A stretch of DNA of 63,325 nt, the filler included, from Craspedostauros australis (lineage: Eukaryota): NCBI GenBank assembly GCA_030167865.1. It is 12 parts of 12 records of this genome, joined end to end, with 100 filler letters (N's around TTAATTAATTAA, not from the genome) between each part and the next. Parts side by side here need not be neighbours in the genome. Positions count along the whole stretch, not along the records: positions 33,226 to 34,631 come from JALAGF010000230.1; positions 34,732 to 41,445 come from JALAGF010000231.1; positions 41,546 to 43,141 come from JALAGF010000232.1; positions 43,242 to 58,898 come from JALAGF010000233.1; 8 more parts are not named here. The stretch is one strand, 5' to 3'. A program made the translations under genes and the position numbers. Of the stretch, positions 34,272-46,445 are shown piece by piece (within the stretch, counting starts at the first letter, position 1; every line of letters begins with the position of its first letter). The notes beneath the pieces were generated by a model. That model had not been told where the DNA came from and made no database searches. It was given only the letters and a program-made list of their open reading frames with translations.

Positions 34272-34731
34272 TTGTACAGAGGGTATGTATGGCTTCTGTT
34301 GATGTGATGTGGTGGCAATGCTGCTGGCTTTGTTGTCATTGGTATTCTCTCCATTAGGTGTGAAATTGCCAATATGTTTGGTGCATTATGGTTGATCTTC
34401 CCTACTTGAGGATTTGTCAACATCATTGCTGTGCTCTTGGTTGTGAGATTGATGCTGTTGCAATGTGCAAGCATTGAGTCAAGAGAAAAGAAGTTTCAAC
34501 ATAGAAAGTCTGTGTCAGAAATATTCATTCTCGAGGGCATTTTCCATGGGACTCCAATCATTGTCATCCAATGCAAGGAAGACATCAGAGTATGTGGAGT
34601 GCAAGTCCTGTCATAGCCAAAGTGCTGTGGANNNNNNNNNNNNNNNNNNNNNNNNNNNNNNNNNNNNNNNNNNNNTTAATTAATTAANNNNNNNNNNNNN
34701 NNNNNNNNNNNNNNNNNNNNNNNNNNNNNNN

Positions 34732-35098
34732 CACGGACCATGAAATGGTCACATTACGAGCGAATAGCTCGACGAGAAACGAAACTAAAGAAGTACCAAG
34801 GTACTGGGTATCAGAGAAAAGGTACCACGATACAAGAACGATACTGTGAGATAGCTACTGACCCAAACCAGTTGAACCTGAAGAGATGTAAAGATCCTAT
34901 CCGATGCTTGCAGAACAGAGGAATGCAAGAGCAGAGGCATGGACATGAACAGAGGTCAGAGAGTAAGCTCACAACTCTTAAGTTTGTAATAACATTTGAG
35001 TTCCCAACAGACTTCCAGTGAACGCCCCCTTCTCGATCTGATCAATTGCAGAAGGACGCGTTCTCCCCTACATTCTCACCAATTCCTCAAGTCTAACA
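34732..35098. mobile_element. Possible LTR 3' portion
   Basis: Non-coding contig-edge sequence ending ...GTCTAACA; no partner in the window. Confidence 0.3.
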
Positions 35099-36104
35099 CT
35101 CTGAGACTGGAATTAGTTTGACTCGCCCAGCTTGAATCGCTCCACCGATTCCTCGTGTTTCGCCACGTCGTTGTTCCTACACAACAGCACATGGTGCATT
35201 TCCCTCTCGAATTGAAAATACGAATGTAATAGCAACAACAATAGATCACAGCAATTTAACCCATAATAGGGAGTGCCCAAGGGCTTTAGACTCATCCGCA
35301 CACGCCTGGTTGCACCAGGTAGGTCGAGTATGTCACGAATATGCACTCCTGCCATTTCCGCGCCCAACGACCGCAGACCAAGTTTTCTGTACACTGCACA
35401 ACCTTGGAGATCGTGTAGCCCCACACAGGCCGCTGGAGGTGGCCCTTGCATCCTGGAACATCATCACCTGACCACGATACATGCACCCCCAGCTGGCCCG
35501 CAGCGACCACGGCTTGATCCAGCTGTTGCCAACCAGCGAAACTGAGACTGCGCTCCGCAGCTTCATCGCTTGCCTCGCCATTTCCCTTTCGCATTGACTG
35601 TGGGCGTCTTGTACACACCCATTGGATATCATCTTTCTCCATCTGCATCCATTCCGATGTTCATTCCATCTGAACCCCTTCCGATACTCATTCCACACTG
35701 TCTCCTGCATACCAACGAACCATTGCTGCCTTCTGCATTCCGCATCACTATTTTGCATCATGAGTGCTTCAACATCCCTTCTCTCCCTCGTGGAACGGAG
35801 TGTTGACTGGACCGACGACGACAGCAACAATGACCACCTCGACCCCAACTGCGTTGACGACGACTGTTACAGTGGTCAAGTGCTATATGCTCACTGCACA
35901 TCGGAATCCAACACTATCAGTGCTGGCAACATTGAGGCTGGTGTTTCTCAAAGTGGCGATTCCTACATTGCCGAGAGTGGATCATCTAAAACCCTTATTC
36001 CATCCATGGCAACGCCAACTGCCAATGCCTCTACCAACAATTTTAGTGCAACTACTACCAATGCTGCTGTATCCACAACAAACACAAACACTCCAGGCAA
36101 GGAG

Positions 36105-36889
36105 TGTCGAGATGTACGTGTATGTGTGCATCGTTCACCCGTTATTCTCTCATACGCACTTGGACGGTATAACTGCATTCATGTCAATAGTATGCTGTGA
36201 TTCGTCAGAATTACAGTGGAAATGGAACACACGAAAAAGAGCAGAATTTCTGGAGGAAATTTGCAATCGACGATTTCTGAGAGAATTAGAAATCTCGTCC
36301 GTCCATCCATCAATGGATACGTATGGTACCAAGTGAATCTCGAGGTACTTCCCAACTAAACCTCAGATGACGATATCATCTGACAGACCTCTGCATCGCC
36401 AATGGAACGTGACATCTGGAGAGCAGAAGAATGCCTACTGACGTCAACAGGATGTCATCGTGTCACCATGTCGACATCTGTCTCCATGTCAGAGCAGGAG
36501 GCAAAGATCCGATGACTGAAGGACATCAAGATCATGGATACGAGAGGTGAAGTTCAAATGGTAAGTACTCATGGAGTAGGAACTAGTCATGAATGAACCA
36601 AGTGTCGAATGCGGAGTACGCATCGAACATGGAGTATCGTGTGGCACGAAGCACACGATGTTGAGAGAGGGAGAGAATACGAAGAGTAGCGAGAGAGCAT
36701 CTCGCACACCAACTCATAGTCGGAGGCCCAATCTACGAGACAAGTCAAACGTGCCGAGAGCATCGGGCAAGAGAACGGGCGTACACCAAGAGGATCGGAG
36801 TAGCCAAGTAATGAAATAGCAAACAGAACGACTATCAACCAACACCGTCATCCACGATCATAGGCTTCCAATCATGGAACTTGCCAACA
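36105..36889. mobile_element. Solo-LTR-like dispersed repeat, copy 2 (~785 bp)
   Basis: Colinear with 3404-4210; same TGTCGAG...TGCCAACA termini. Confidence 0.75.
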
Positions 36890-37955
36890 CATGAAGTACA
36901 TTCCGCAGTCATGCATGCATCTCATCACAGAGTTTTTATTGATCCTGCAACATTGTTGATTCCTCAACCTTTCTCACTTGGGCTGTTCATCTCTCTTTCA
37001 CACAACCATCATGTCATCAGTGATTTTGTTTCCATTTTTCACATCATCATCTGTGTTCTTGGGTGATCAGATTGGGTTTCTCTTTCTGGGCGTTTCTTTC
37101 TTTCCATACACATAAGATGACGCTTGGCTGTAAGAAGCACAGGTTGCGTATCTATGCATTGCATGTTGTTTTCTCAGATGAGACACCAATCCTTCCCACT
37201 GCCCCTGTAGACTTTGGATTCATCATCACTGATTGGATTCTTGATTCATGCTTGTACAGTGTGTACACCTGGGACAGGCTGCATTGTGGGACATGACTGA
37301 ATGTCTGCGTAGGACAGAATTCAAGGTCGTCCGAGTGTGATCAATGCAAGATGTTTGTAATGAGTCCAATTGATACTTTAGGGAGGCGCGGTAACCATAT
37401 ACATATTAACATATGTGCACTCTGGATTCATGGCATGCGTGGTTCTCAAGAAGGATCGTTGTGAATTGCGCTGTTTCATGTCGTGACGAAGGACAGACGA
37501 AATGGCCTTTCCTTTCAGGCCGCTTCTCTTCTCGTTTTGTGGTTGAAAATCATCACGAACCACTCAAAAGTTGAGGCTCGATCCTTGGTGATCCTCACTT
37601 TGTGTTTGATGTGGTTGAGGCCTTTTGGAGGCTGTATTCCCAAAACTCAATTTTCTTCTGCGATCTGTGGCGCAACGTGAAAGTGTGGAACTCAAGCGCC
37701 GATCTCGTCGGCGACCTCCCGACAACCACATGCAAACTCGCAGTTCTCCCATCCACCCATCCCGAGAGAGGATCTGCCATCAATCGCCACATTCAATCTT
37801 CTGTTGTCGGTAGTGCAGAGTATCGAGTTGTGGTATCCTTCACTCGACATCGCCACCAACGTCAACGCAGCCTCTGCCAACGGCTCACGAAGAATAGCTC
37901 GTACGACTACACCACTGACCTTACTGGCAGCTGTGACCATCGCCGTTCGCCCAAC

Positions 37956-40403
37956 ATGACTCGCAAGGCAGAAGAAGACAAGTTGCCCTGCGGGGCCCCT
38001 TCCATCTACGCAATGTTTGGTGACGATGGTTCACTCACAATCAAGAGCTTCGTACCCATCGAAAACGTCACGATTCTCGTGATTGCAACGACGGCAGGAA
38101 AGGAGGAAACAACGCCAGACCAAAAGCAACAACCACACCCCCTGCATGAACTCGCAGGGCCAGCCCAGCACGTGCTTCTCCCAAAGGACGAGACTCCGGA
38201 GGGCGCGCGTGGCGGACTCCTTGTGCTCGATGTCGGCGCCATGTTCGAAACCGAAGCGGAGTATCGAGAGGCCTTGGACAAGGAGCTCCACCAACCCGCG
38301 GTGGACAAGAGTGAGGCTGGTGGATCCTTGACCAAGGAGTTCGGCGAATCCATCTTTCGCCTCTTGCAACGTCTGTTGGTGCGCCAAGTCACCTTGATGG
38401 CCTCCGGAGAACTTTGCGCAGTCGTCTGGAAACTCTGGAAGGCGGCCGCGGCACTGGGTCCCGAAATGATTGCCGGCGTGCATTTTGCTCATCCCGTCTT
38501 GTCAGATGAATTTGCCAAGCAGTATCTTGCTGGACAAGACGAATCCCAGCCTCGACAACCAGATGCCAACAAGAAGACCGAAGTCATCGCTCACGAGGAC
38601 CGAGCAGAGAAAAAGAAAGTGCGCAAAATATCGTCGTCGTCACCAGGATCATCCCCGAGCCAAGCAGACGCACAGCCGCGTCTCGATCTGCTCGTCCAAT
38701 CCAAGAACGACAAGCTCGCCCGCGTCGACACATTGAGGGCGCTTGTGCCATTGGGAACAACCAATATTGTATCTCCCAGCGAGGCTGCCGAAGATCAGCC
38801 AGCCAACCCATATGAATGGATGGTCGCTGCCATGAAGGACATCAAACCTTCTAAAAGCTCTGACGTGGCCAAACACAAGGAGGCAGAGCAAGGAGGAGCA
38901 ACAGACCGTGCTTACGAGTACGACCCAAAGATGGCTGATTCCGATGGAAATTCCCTCTACGTCTCCAAGGTCACCGTCGAAATGAATCTCGACACCAAAC
39001 AATACGAACGCACATTCGACGACATCACCTCCGACCTGTCGGCTGAGGAGGGTATCTCCAAGGATGGCGAGAAGCCAGAACCCAAATTGAAGGTCACCCT
39101 CTTGTCTGGCTTCTTGGGATCCGGCAAGACCACCCTCTTGTCACACATCCTTGCCAACTACGAAGGTTTCACCGTGGCTGTCCTCGTCAATGACATGGGC
39201 ACCATCAACATCGATGCAGCCTTGCTGAAAAAGACGAGCATCGTCCAACGAGAAGAACACATGGTGGAAATGTCAAACGGTTGCATCTGCTGTACCCTGC
39301 GAGAAGACCTGTTGACCGAAGTCTCTGCCATCGCGGCCAAAGGCACCTTCGACTACCTCCTGATCGAATCGAGCGGTATTTCCGAGCCCATGCCTGTCGC
39401 CGAGACCTTCACCTTCGAAGACTCGACGGGCGCGACCTTGGGCGACGTGGCGAGTCTTGATACCCTGGTCACGGTCGTGGATGGCTCCCGCTTCTTCTCC
39501 GAGCTGGACAGCCTGGAGTCTCTGCAGGAACGCGAGTGGCAGGCAGACCCGGATGATGCCCGCACTATCTCGCATTTGCTGTGCGATCAAGTTGAATTCG
39601 CCAATGTTCTCGTCCTCAACAAATGTGATCTTCTCAAGGACGACGAACGAAACTACGTCCGTCGCTTGATCAGCATGATGAACCCCAACGCCAAGATTGT
39701 GGAGTCGACCTATTCCAAGGTGCCATTGAAATTTGTCTTGGGAACCGGTCTGTTTTCCATGACGGAAGCCGAGCAACACAAAGGATGGCTCGAAGAGGCA
39801 CGCATCGGCGAGCACACTCCCGAGACAGAAGAGTACGGAATCAGCAGCTTGACCTTCCAGTCCAGCAAGCCCTTCCATCCCGCCAGGCTAGGGAAAGCGC
39901 TTCAAACCATATTGGACGGCGCTGAACCTCCGTTTGACAAGTCCATTATCTTGCGAGCCAAGGGATTCTGTTGGTTGGCAAACCGTGCCGAAAATCAAGC
40001 AGAGTTCTCTCTGGCCGGCAGTCAGTACACAGTCAGTCCTGGCGATCCATGGTGGGCGGCAATGGACAAGGAAGAATGGCCCGAAGGCGTTGAGGAAGCC
40101 ATCACTCCGCACTGGACTGAGCCTTATGGTGATCGACGACAAGAGCTCGTCGTTATTGGACACTTGAAAGACAAAGAAGGTGTCGTGGCTGCTCTGAACG
40201 CGTGCTTGGTCACCGACGAGGAATTCAAGCAGGGCCCAGAACACTGGGAAACACTCGTTACTCCTGAAACGGATCCCTTTCAAGCAGTCCTGGGTGATGA
40301 CGACGAAGACGACGAAGGTGACAGTGAAGATGATCAGGAAGAGAAGGATGAGGATGGGGATAAGGGTGATGCTGAGGTTGAGGTTGAGGCTAAAGCTGAA
40401 TAG
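37956..40403 (+). CDS. COG0523/CobW (ZNG1-type) metallochaperone GTPase with ~370-aa N-terminal extension
   Basis: GFLGSGKTT, VNDMG, EMSNGCICC, IESSG, NKCD, CobW_C motifs RAKG..W and YGDRRQELVVIG; acidic tail; first ATG 37956. Confidence 0.93.
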   Translation: MTRKAEEDKLPCGAPSIYAMFGDDGSLTIKSFVPIENVTILVIATTAGKEETTPDQKQQPHPLHELAGPAQHVLLPKDETPEGARGGLLVLDVGAMFETEAEYREALDKELHQPAVDKSEAGGSLTKEFGESIFRLLQRLLVRQVTLMASGELCAVVWKLWKAAAALGPEMIAGVHFAHPVLSDEFAKQYLAGQDESQPRQPDANKKTEVIAHEDRAEKKKVRKISSSSPGSSPSQADAQPRLDLLVQSKNDKLARVDTLRALVPLGTTNIVSPSEAAEDQPANPYEWMVAAMKDIKPSKSSDVAKHKEAEQGGATDRAYEYDPKMADSDGNSLYVSKVTVEMNLDTKQYERTFDDITSDLSAEEGISKDGEKPEPKLKVTLLSGFLGSGKTTLLSHILANYEGFTVAVLVNDMGTINIDAALLKKTSIVQREEHMVEMSNGCICCTLREDLLTEVSAIAAKGTFDYLLIESSGISEPMPVAETFTFEDSTGATLGDVASLDTLVTVVDGSRFFSELDSLESLQEREWQADPDDARTISHLLCDQVEFANVLVLNKCDLLKDDERNYVRRLISMMNPNAKIVESTYSKVPLKFVLGTGLFSMTEAEQHKGWLEEARIGEHTPETEEYGISSLTFQSSKPFHPARLGKALQTILDGAEPPFDKSIILRAKGFCWLANRAENQAEFSLAGSQYTVSPGDPWWAAMDKEEWPEGVEEAITPHWTEPYGDRRQELVVIGHLKDKEGVVAALNACLVTDEEFKQGPEHWETLVTPETDPFQAVLGDDDEDDEGDSEDDQEEKDEDGDKGDAEVEVEAKAE

Positions 40404-41576
40404 TCTCCGGACGCTCACAACAAGTTTTAAACAATAGACGGTGACACAACCGCAAATGAAGTCATTCCGAATCATGTTCTATGGTGCCTTGTGAGCTCTT
40501 CCATCCGTAAACGGAATTGCGCAAATCGTCCACTCGACTATTCGCCTCATCAGTAATGCAATCAAGAACGCATCCCCATGCGCAAATGAATTCGAAATGA
40601 CCAGGAGATCGATGGCACGGGATTTGCCATGGAATTGCGAGCAATACATCGTCCATAAATACGCTGTTGCGCGCTTGTTCTCTAACTCCGAGAGCTCTGG
40701 TGTTAGAATGCGCTTGATTGACATCGCAGTCGCAAATGTGATCTTCGATGGGGGCTGGGGTGTGGCCACAAGCCCAGACTCGATCCATATGGAAGATATG
40801 GATTGATGTAGCACAATCTAGTGCATTGCGAGCGTCTGTAAATTGCTGGTGACGATCTTGGTTTGATCCACATGCTAAGTTAGGATTCGTGTACTTTCGT
40901 AGACGAACCGGAGTAGGCCTTGTGGACTGCCGGCTTCAGATGAGGCCGATTGACGCAGTTCACTGGGCTTGAATGTTGTATGGCTGTTAAGGCTTGTAAC
41001 GATGAATAGAGTAGTAGTGTTTGTACTAATCTGAGCTTGTTATTATGAGTTAGTAGCTGTAGGCAGGATGAAGAAACGATAGTCATGTATTGGCACGGCT
41101 CTGCACTGACCCTCATGGTTCAGTGCTGAGAAGAGGCTGTACTTTCCTCCATGTCCTTCTCCCCTGAATCGCTGGCGATGTCATGCAGTAGGTCTCGTGG
41201 CTTCAGCAGATGTTGAAGGGATGGGAGCTGCGCATCCGGAGCCAGCAGGTTGAACTTGCATCAGGATTCCATTGCTGAGGTTGAAGCAGCTTAGATTGCC
41301 CATGGTGTGGCTGGCATGGCCAGCAAACGTCGTGGCAGCAAAAGGGAATCCAGGTGAAGTCCATCTGACAGGATCTTGGGAGCATATAGTTCCCACATGC
41401 GTTGGTTGGCTTAGACGGACCGTAGCATGGGAATCGGGAACGATTNNNNNNNNNNNNNNNNNNNNNNNNNNNNNNNNNNNNNNNNNNNNTTAATTAATTA
41501 ANNNNNNNNNNNNNNNNNNNNNNNNNNNNNNNNNNNNNNNNNNNNGGAGGACATGGTGTTGATGGTAGCAAAGGAG

Positions 41577-41602
41577 GTTGATTGATTGATTGATTGATTG
41601 AT
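41577..41602. repeat. (GATT)n microsatellite
   Basis: Visible tetranucleotide repeat. Confidence 0.85.
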
Positions 41603-43241
41603 CGATGAATGGCACTGTAGAACGCGGAACCAAAGCGGGTGGAGGAGGTGATGCCGATAGAGGTGTTGGATGCAGCAGCGAGAACAACAACCGCCAATGT
41701 CACTAGTCCTCTCACTACTCACACTACAACCGCAGCACAACAGATAGAATGAGCATTGCATCGGTGGAGGCACCTTTGGAATGAAGGAAAATGTGACGGG
41801 GTTTTGTGTCTGCGTGGCGACGATGTGTGCGTGCGCATGTGATGATGGGTGTGATGTCCACAAGTGGAAAATGTCAATCGATTCCGGAGCAGCTAACGGT
41901 GTATAACGTGTTCCAAACGAACGAGGAGGAAGGAAAAAGCTGGAGACACCAACGTGAATGGGCACCAATCGTTATTAAGTCGGAACACCAAAGAACCTCC
42001 GGAAAAACTACATCGTGGAAGGCTACGTTTGACCCCTACGACTCCAAATATTTGATGGTCCATAAAACTTAAACTATAAACTTTAAGTTTCTGGGTAATT
42101 TTCCTGTTGCTATGGACACTATAATGAGTAGGTTGGTATGCTTAGTTCTGTTTTAATCGAAGAAAAAGTGCCACACTACTTTACAAACGGTTGGCCGACT
42201 CACTCACATGGCTCTTATCGTTGTTGTCGCCACAGTCATCATTCCTCGGCACCGCCGCAACTGTCATCATTGGGAACGCCAACAAGCAGAATGCGAGCTG
42301 CGACGTGCGTTGCCTCTTGTCTCTTTCCGCAAGCCAATTCCATCCAGTTCCTATCCAGTTCCAATTCTGGCTCGGTTTGGTTCAAATACGAAACGAGAGA
42401 AGCTGGGAATGCACGGCTGGCCATTGCAAGTATGGGTCGAGTGTAATAGCACACAGGCAACCTGGAAATAGATGAAGTTCGACAGCATGCGCATCAACTT
42501 CGCAAGACCGATAAAATAATGCCTTGGATCCCACCAGAGATCTTGAGTCTCCCCTCTCTTTCAACGCCAACCCGAACTGCAAACGTCCATTTGTTTAGTC
42601 ATGGTGCTCGAACAGAGATATACAAAAGCCTCCTCCCACAAATCGACATCCATGTATGCCTCGCTCTCTGTGTGTCTGCCGTCCTCTCTTGCTTCCTTGC
42701 TGTTTGGTGGAGCTCGTCCTTTCCTTCTTGGGGGATGTTGGAAATCCGGGGTTATAGTAGTAGACTAATCTGTTATCAGTCTGTACCGTTTTAGAACTGT
42801 GAGCACAACATGCTCATCTCNNNNNNNNNNNNNNNNNNNNNNNNNNNNNNNNNNNNNNNNNNNNNNNNNNNNNNNNNNNNNNNNNNNNNNNNNNNNNNNN
42901 NNNNNNNNNNNNNNNNNNNNNNNNNNNNNNNNNNNNNNNNNNNNNNGGATTGGAGAGCACCTACATTCGTCAAGTTCATACTCGTAGACCTGTAGGTACC
43001 TCTCCTTCGGTCTCTTGTCACCTCACTGGTCCCACTTCATTTCAGTTCCTCCCTCCTGTCATCTCGATGGTTGCCTTTGGATGCTTGGAACTTATTGTCA
43101 TCTGGATCGTGGTCTTGGGTGAATAGGGATCGCCTCTGTTTNNNNNNNNNNNNNNNNNNNNNNNNNNNNNNNNNNNNNNNNNNNNTTAATTAATTAANNN
43201 NNNNNNNNNNNNNNNNNNNNNNNNNNNNNNNNNNNNNNNNN

Positions 43242-43866
43242 CTGTTTGGGGGATTCCAAAGTTGTTGCCCATGTGTCGAAACTTGCATTCGCCGATGTAG
43301 TATGCTGCTCTGCCATCGTCACAGTTCATGCGGCGAAGAGAATGCGTTGTTCGGTCGCTTCGAGCGTTGTAGAGAGTCTTCAGGCTGTTCCGTACCGATT
43401 CGCGGAGAGTCATGCTTGGGTCATCGATTCCACCAAGACCCTTGATTGACCTCCATGCGTATGTTGCGTTGTCCTTATTGCCACCGTTGTAGAGCCATTG
43501 GGCCAGGACGAGGTCGTTTTGACACGCAGCGAAGCCCCAACCGCACGATTGTACTTCCCCCTCCGATCTGCCCTCGTTTTCAACCATATCGATGACATCC
43601 TTTCGGAGGCTCAGCATTGTGTTCAGCCAATCAACCTCCCATGCGCTCATCTTCTCGTCTGTTAGTTCCGCCTTGTCAGTTATTTTCATGCTCTGCATTA
43701 TGGCGCTTGTGTCAGGCTTGGGCAAGGTCTTCAGCATCTCCATGATCCGTTCGTCATCATCCTCGATGGTCCAGAAGTCGTTGTTCTTGAAGACAGAATC
43801 GTATCTGCTCACAACGAGCGGCGTGTTACCACCGGTATCGTCGGTCTCACTGGAGAGTGCGGCCAT
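43242..43866 (-). CDS. Hypothetical protein, truncated by gap
   Basis: About 208 codons of globular-looking sequence from MAALSSETDD; no recognisable motif. Confidence 0.45.
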
Positions 43867-46445
43867 GTGAAAGTTTGGGCGCCAACGTTTGTGGAGGCCA
43901 TCACGATAATGTTGGCACTGATCGCGACGCAGTTGCGCAAGGAATGGTGATAACGACACCGAAGGGATGGATCCAGACCTGAATGGCCGCAATGGTCGTG
44001 ACAACAACGGTTGGGGGATGGTGAATCTCATCGCACGAGGCATGGTTGCCATCGCCACCATAGTTCGTGTCATCTTGGTCATGAGACTTGGAGAGAGCAT
44101 GGTGGTTCTTGGTTTGGTTTCTACGTTGACGTTGACATTGACGTTAGTGTTGATGTTGGTGTGAACTTGAGCGTTGCAGCGAATCTGAGGTGCCGGTCTG
44201 ATCTGGGGTCGCTGAATTGTATTTTCTGTGGGCTGAAGCTTGATTAGGGCAGAGATGGTGTGGATGCCCAGGTTACTGTATGGAGTGGAGTTGATGGCGA
44301 CGGTGTCGTTGTTGGTGTTTTATGTGGTCGTATGATTTGGCACAGCAGATCGATGATTCGTTTTTTGTGGCTGTGTCGGTGTTGCAAGCCATTCGATTGG
44401 AGCCATTGTGCTGTTCTGTGTGGGATGTTTGTGGCGTGCTCCACCCTCTCGTTCTGTTGTGCTCTCTCTCTCTCTCACAACCATCTCAGGTTTTTGCGTT
44501 CCAACGCAAAGATCTTCTGCAACGTGGCGTGCGGAGTTCGGATACGGTTGTCGATGCGATGCCCAGGTTTCACTTCTGTCACCCTCTCTCTGTTCTCCGC
44601 AAAGTCCGAAGTGTGGCGGTACTTGTTGTCAGAATGTGCCTCTCACATGCTATTGTGCATGATCGATCCTTCCTTCTCGTTCGTTGGTTTCCTCATTCGT
44701 TTCCTCAATTATTTCCTCCATGGTTTGTTGTTCAATCAGCGTGTTTGATCTCCTCGTTGTTTTGCGTCTTGTTGTGCCACGCGGACGCAAGACCGAATGA
44801 GGCCAGTCGCACCGGAGGAAGGAGATGACATCCGAAGGAACGAAAACATGGCCCAAACTGTGGGTTTGCAAGTCTCATCTAAGTGCCAATCCGTCGTATT
44901 TGTAATACACAAGAGCTTGCTAGTTGTCATGAGCATTTGTAGAGTGCTGGGAAGTGTGTGTAGTTCGGCGACGGAACGAAATTGACGACGTTGACAACGA
45001 CGATACATTGCGAGCTAACCAACCTCCACATCCAGCAAAAGCAACAGGAATGCAATGGCGACAGGTATAGTGGTGGCTTCTCTACATGTGGTTAATCTGG
45101 AAGGACGCAGGGTGTGTGGTGGCAATTGGTATCATGATCATCGGTTGCCTATTCTCCTTGGAAACACAGACAACACTGATCTCGAGAGCGAGAGTACTCC
45201 ATGGTGATGGATTCACTTGTCTCTCCAGAGTACATGTCCTCATCCAGTATAATTTTCAGATGACAGGAAAAGGTCAAACGTTGAAGTGCTCTCTGGGGAG
45301 AGAGACAGAGAGACAGAGAGTGAAATAGGATGCACGCAGGAGAATAGGAGAGCAGAGGAGAGTGGCGCAGACTCCCCTCCTCTTTGTCGCAGAAGAGGAC
45401 GAAATCGCCAACAAAGCGCGATTTTTCCTTCACCAAACCATCACGCATCTTCGTCTCCACCCTTTCCGATTTTGTTTCATCCACCAAACTCGTGGTTTTT
45501 GTTGTGTTGTTGGGATCAGCGGGACATTCAGAACTGTGTGTGGTTTCTCCGATTGACCAAATTGACCAAAATCAGTGACATATTATATAGATATTCATGA
45601 ATTAATTACCTTGTATGTACTATTGTCGCATGTCACTAGATCCATAATTGATATAACGCTTATAACGTCAATTGAGTCGCCAAGACGCTCGCCGATCGCT
45701 CATGCACAATGGTGATGCATGTCGTCTCCACAAAGTCGCCTCTCCTTCTCGTTGTGGGGGTTGGAGTGGAATTTGTCTTTCTCACCTGTCATCTCTCGTA
45801 TCCACACAAAACACAAGCAGCGGAACCATCATCGACGCAGATCTCCTTCGTCACATATCTGCAGGTTCTGTTGCAACGATACGGTCGTCGTCACCAACAC
45901 CGTGTCTTTCCTTGCATCAACAGAACGCAACGCATCGCACCGCACCCAACCACATCGCAACAGGGATTCCCATTTGACTTGGCCATCGACAGATCGTTTT
46001 GTTTGTATCGGAAAACGAGGCAGTGAATCATTCTCAGAGGGAGCCACATCAGTGTTTGCAATCTGCCAGGTACATCTTGTTTGTTCGGAAAGTAGGACCA
46101 TCAACATCTCAGCAGGATCAGGACTACCATCATACGTTCAATCAGCCGAAGAAACAGCCGACAACAGCGAAGAGCACGTCCCATCACACAGCAGCATCCC
46201 ATACACAACAACGACAACCACAAGCGCACCATCTCCCGCCGACCATCGAAGTCAGACGCGTGTACACTCCCGCCCCTCCAAGGCATACACAAATCATCCC
46301 GTTTCGGAAAACGAAACGTTCCTTTCCTGCCTTTCACCAGGAACGATATAGCGATTGCCACGAGACTTGTCCAAAGTCTTGTGCTGCAATCCACCCAGAA
46401 CAAGCAACCACGGCGACTCCACTCAGCTACATCCTGCAGGCGGCC

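Noticed and set aside
35113..36100. Several 110-190 aa ORFs
   Set aside because: No recognisable motif or consistent frame.
3404..36889. One giant 33-kb LTR element bounded by the two repeats
   Set aside because: Copies are clearly diverged, outer flanks do not form a TSD, and several contig linkers intervene.
40462..41445. Short minus-strand ORFs downstream of the CobW gene
   Set aside because: No coherent spliced model or motif.
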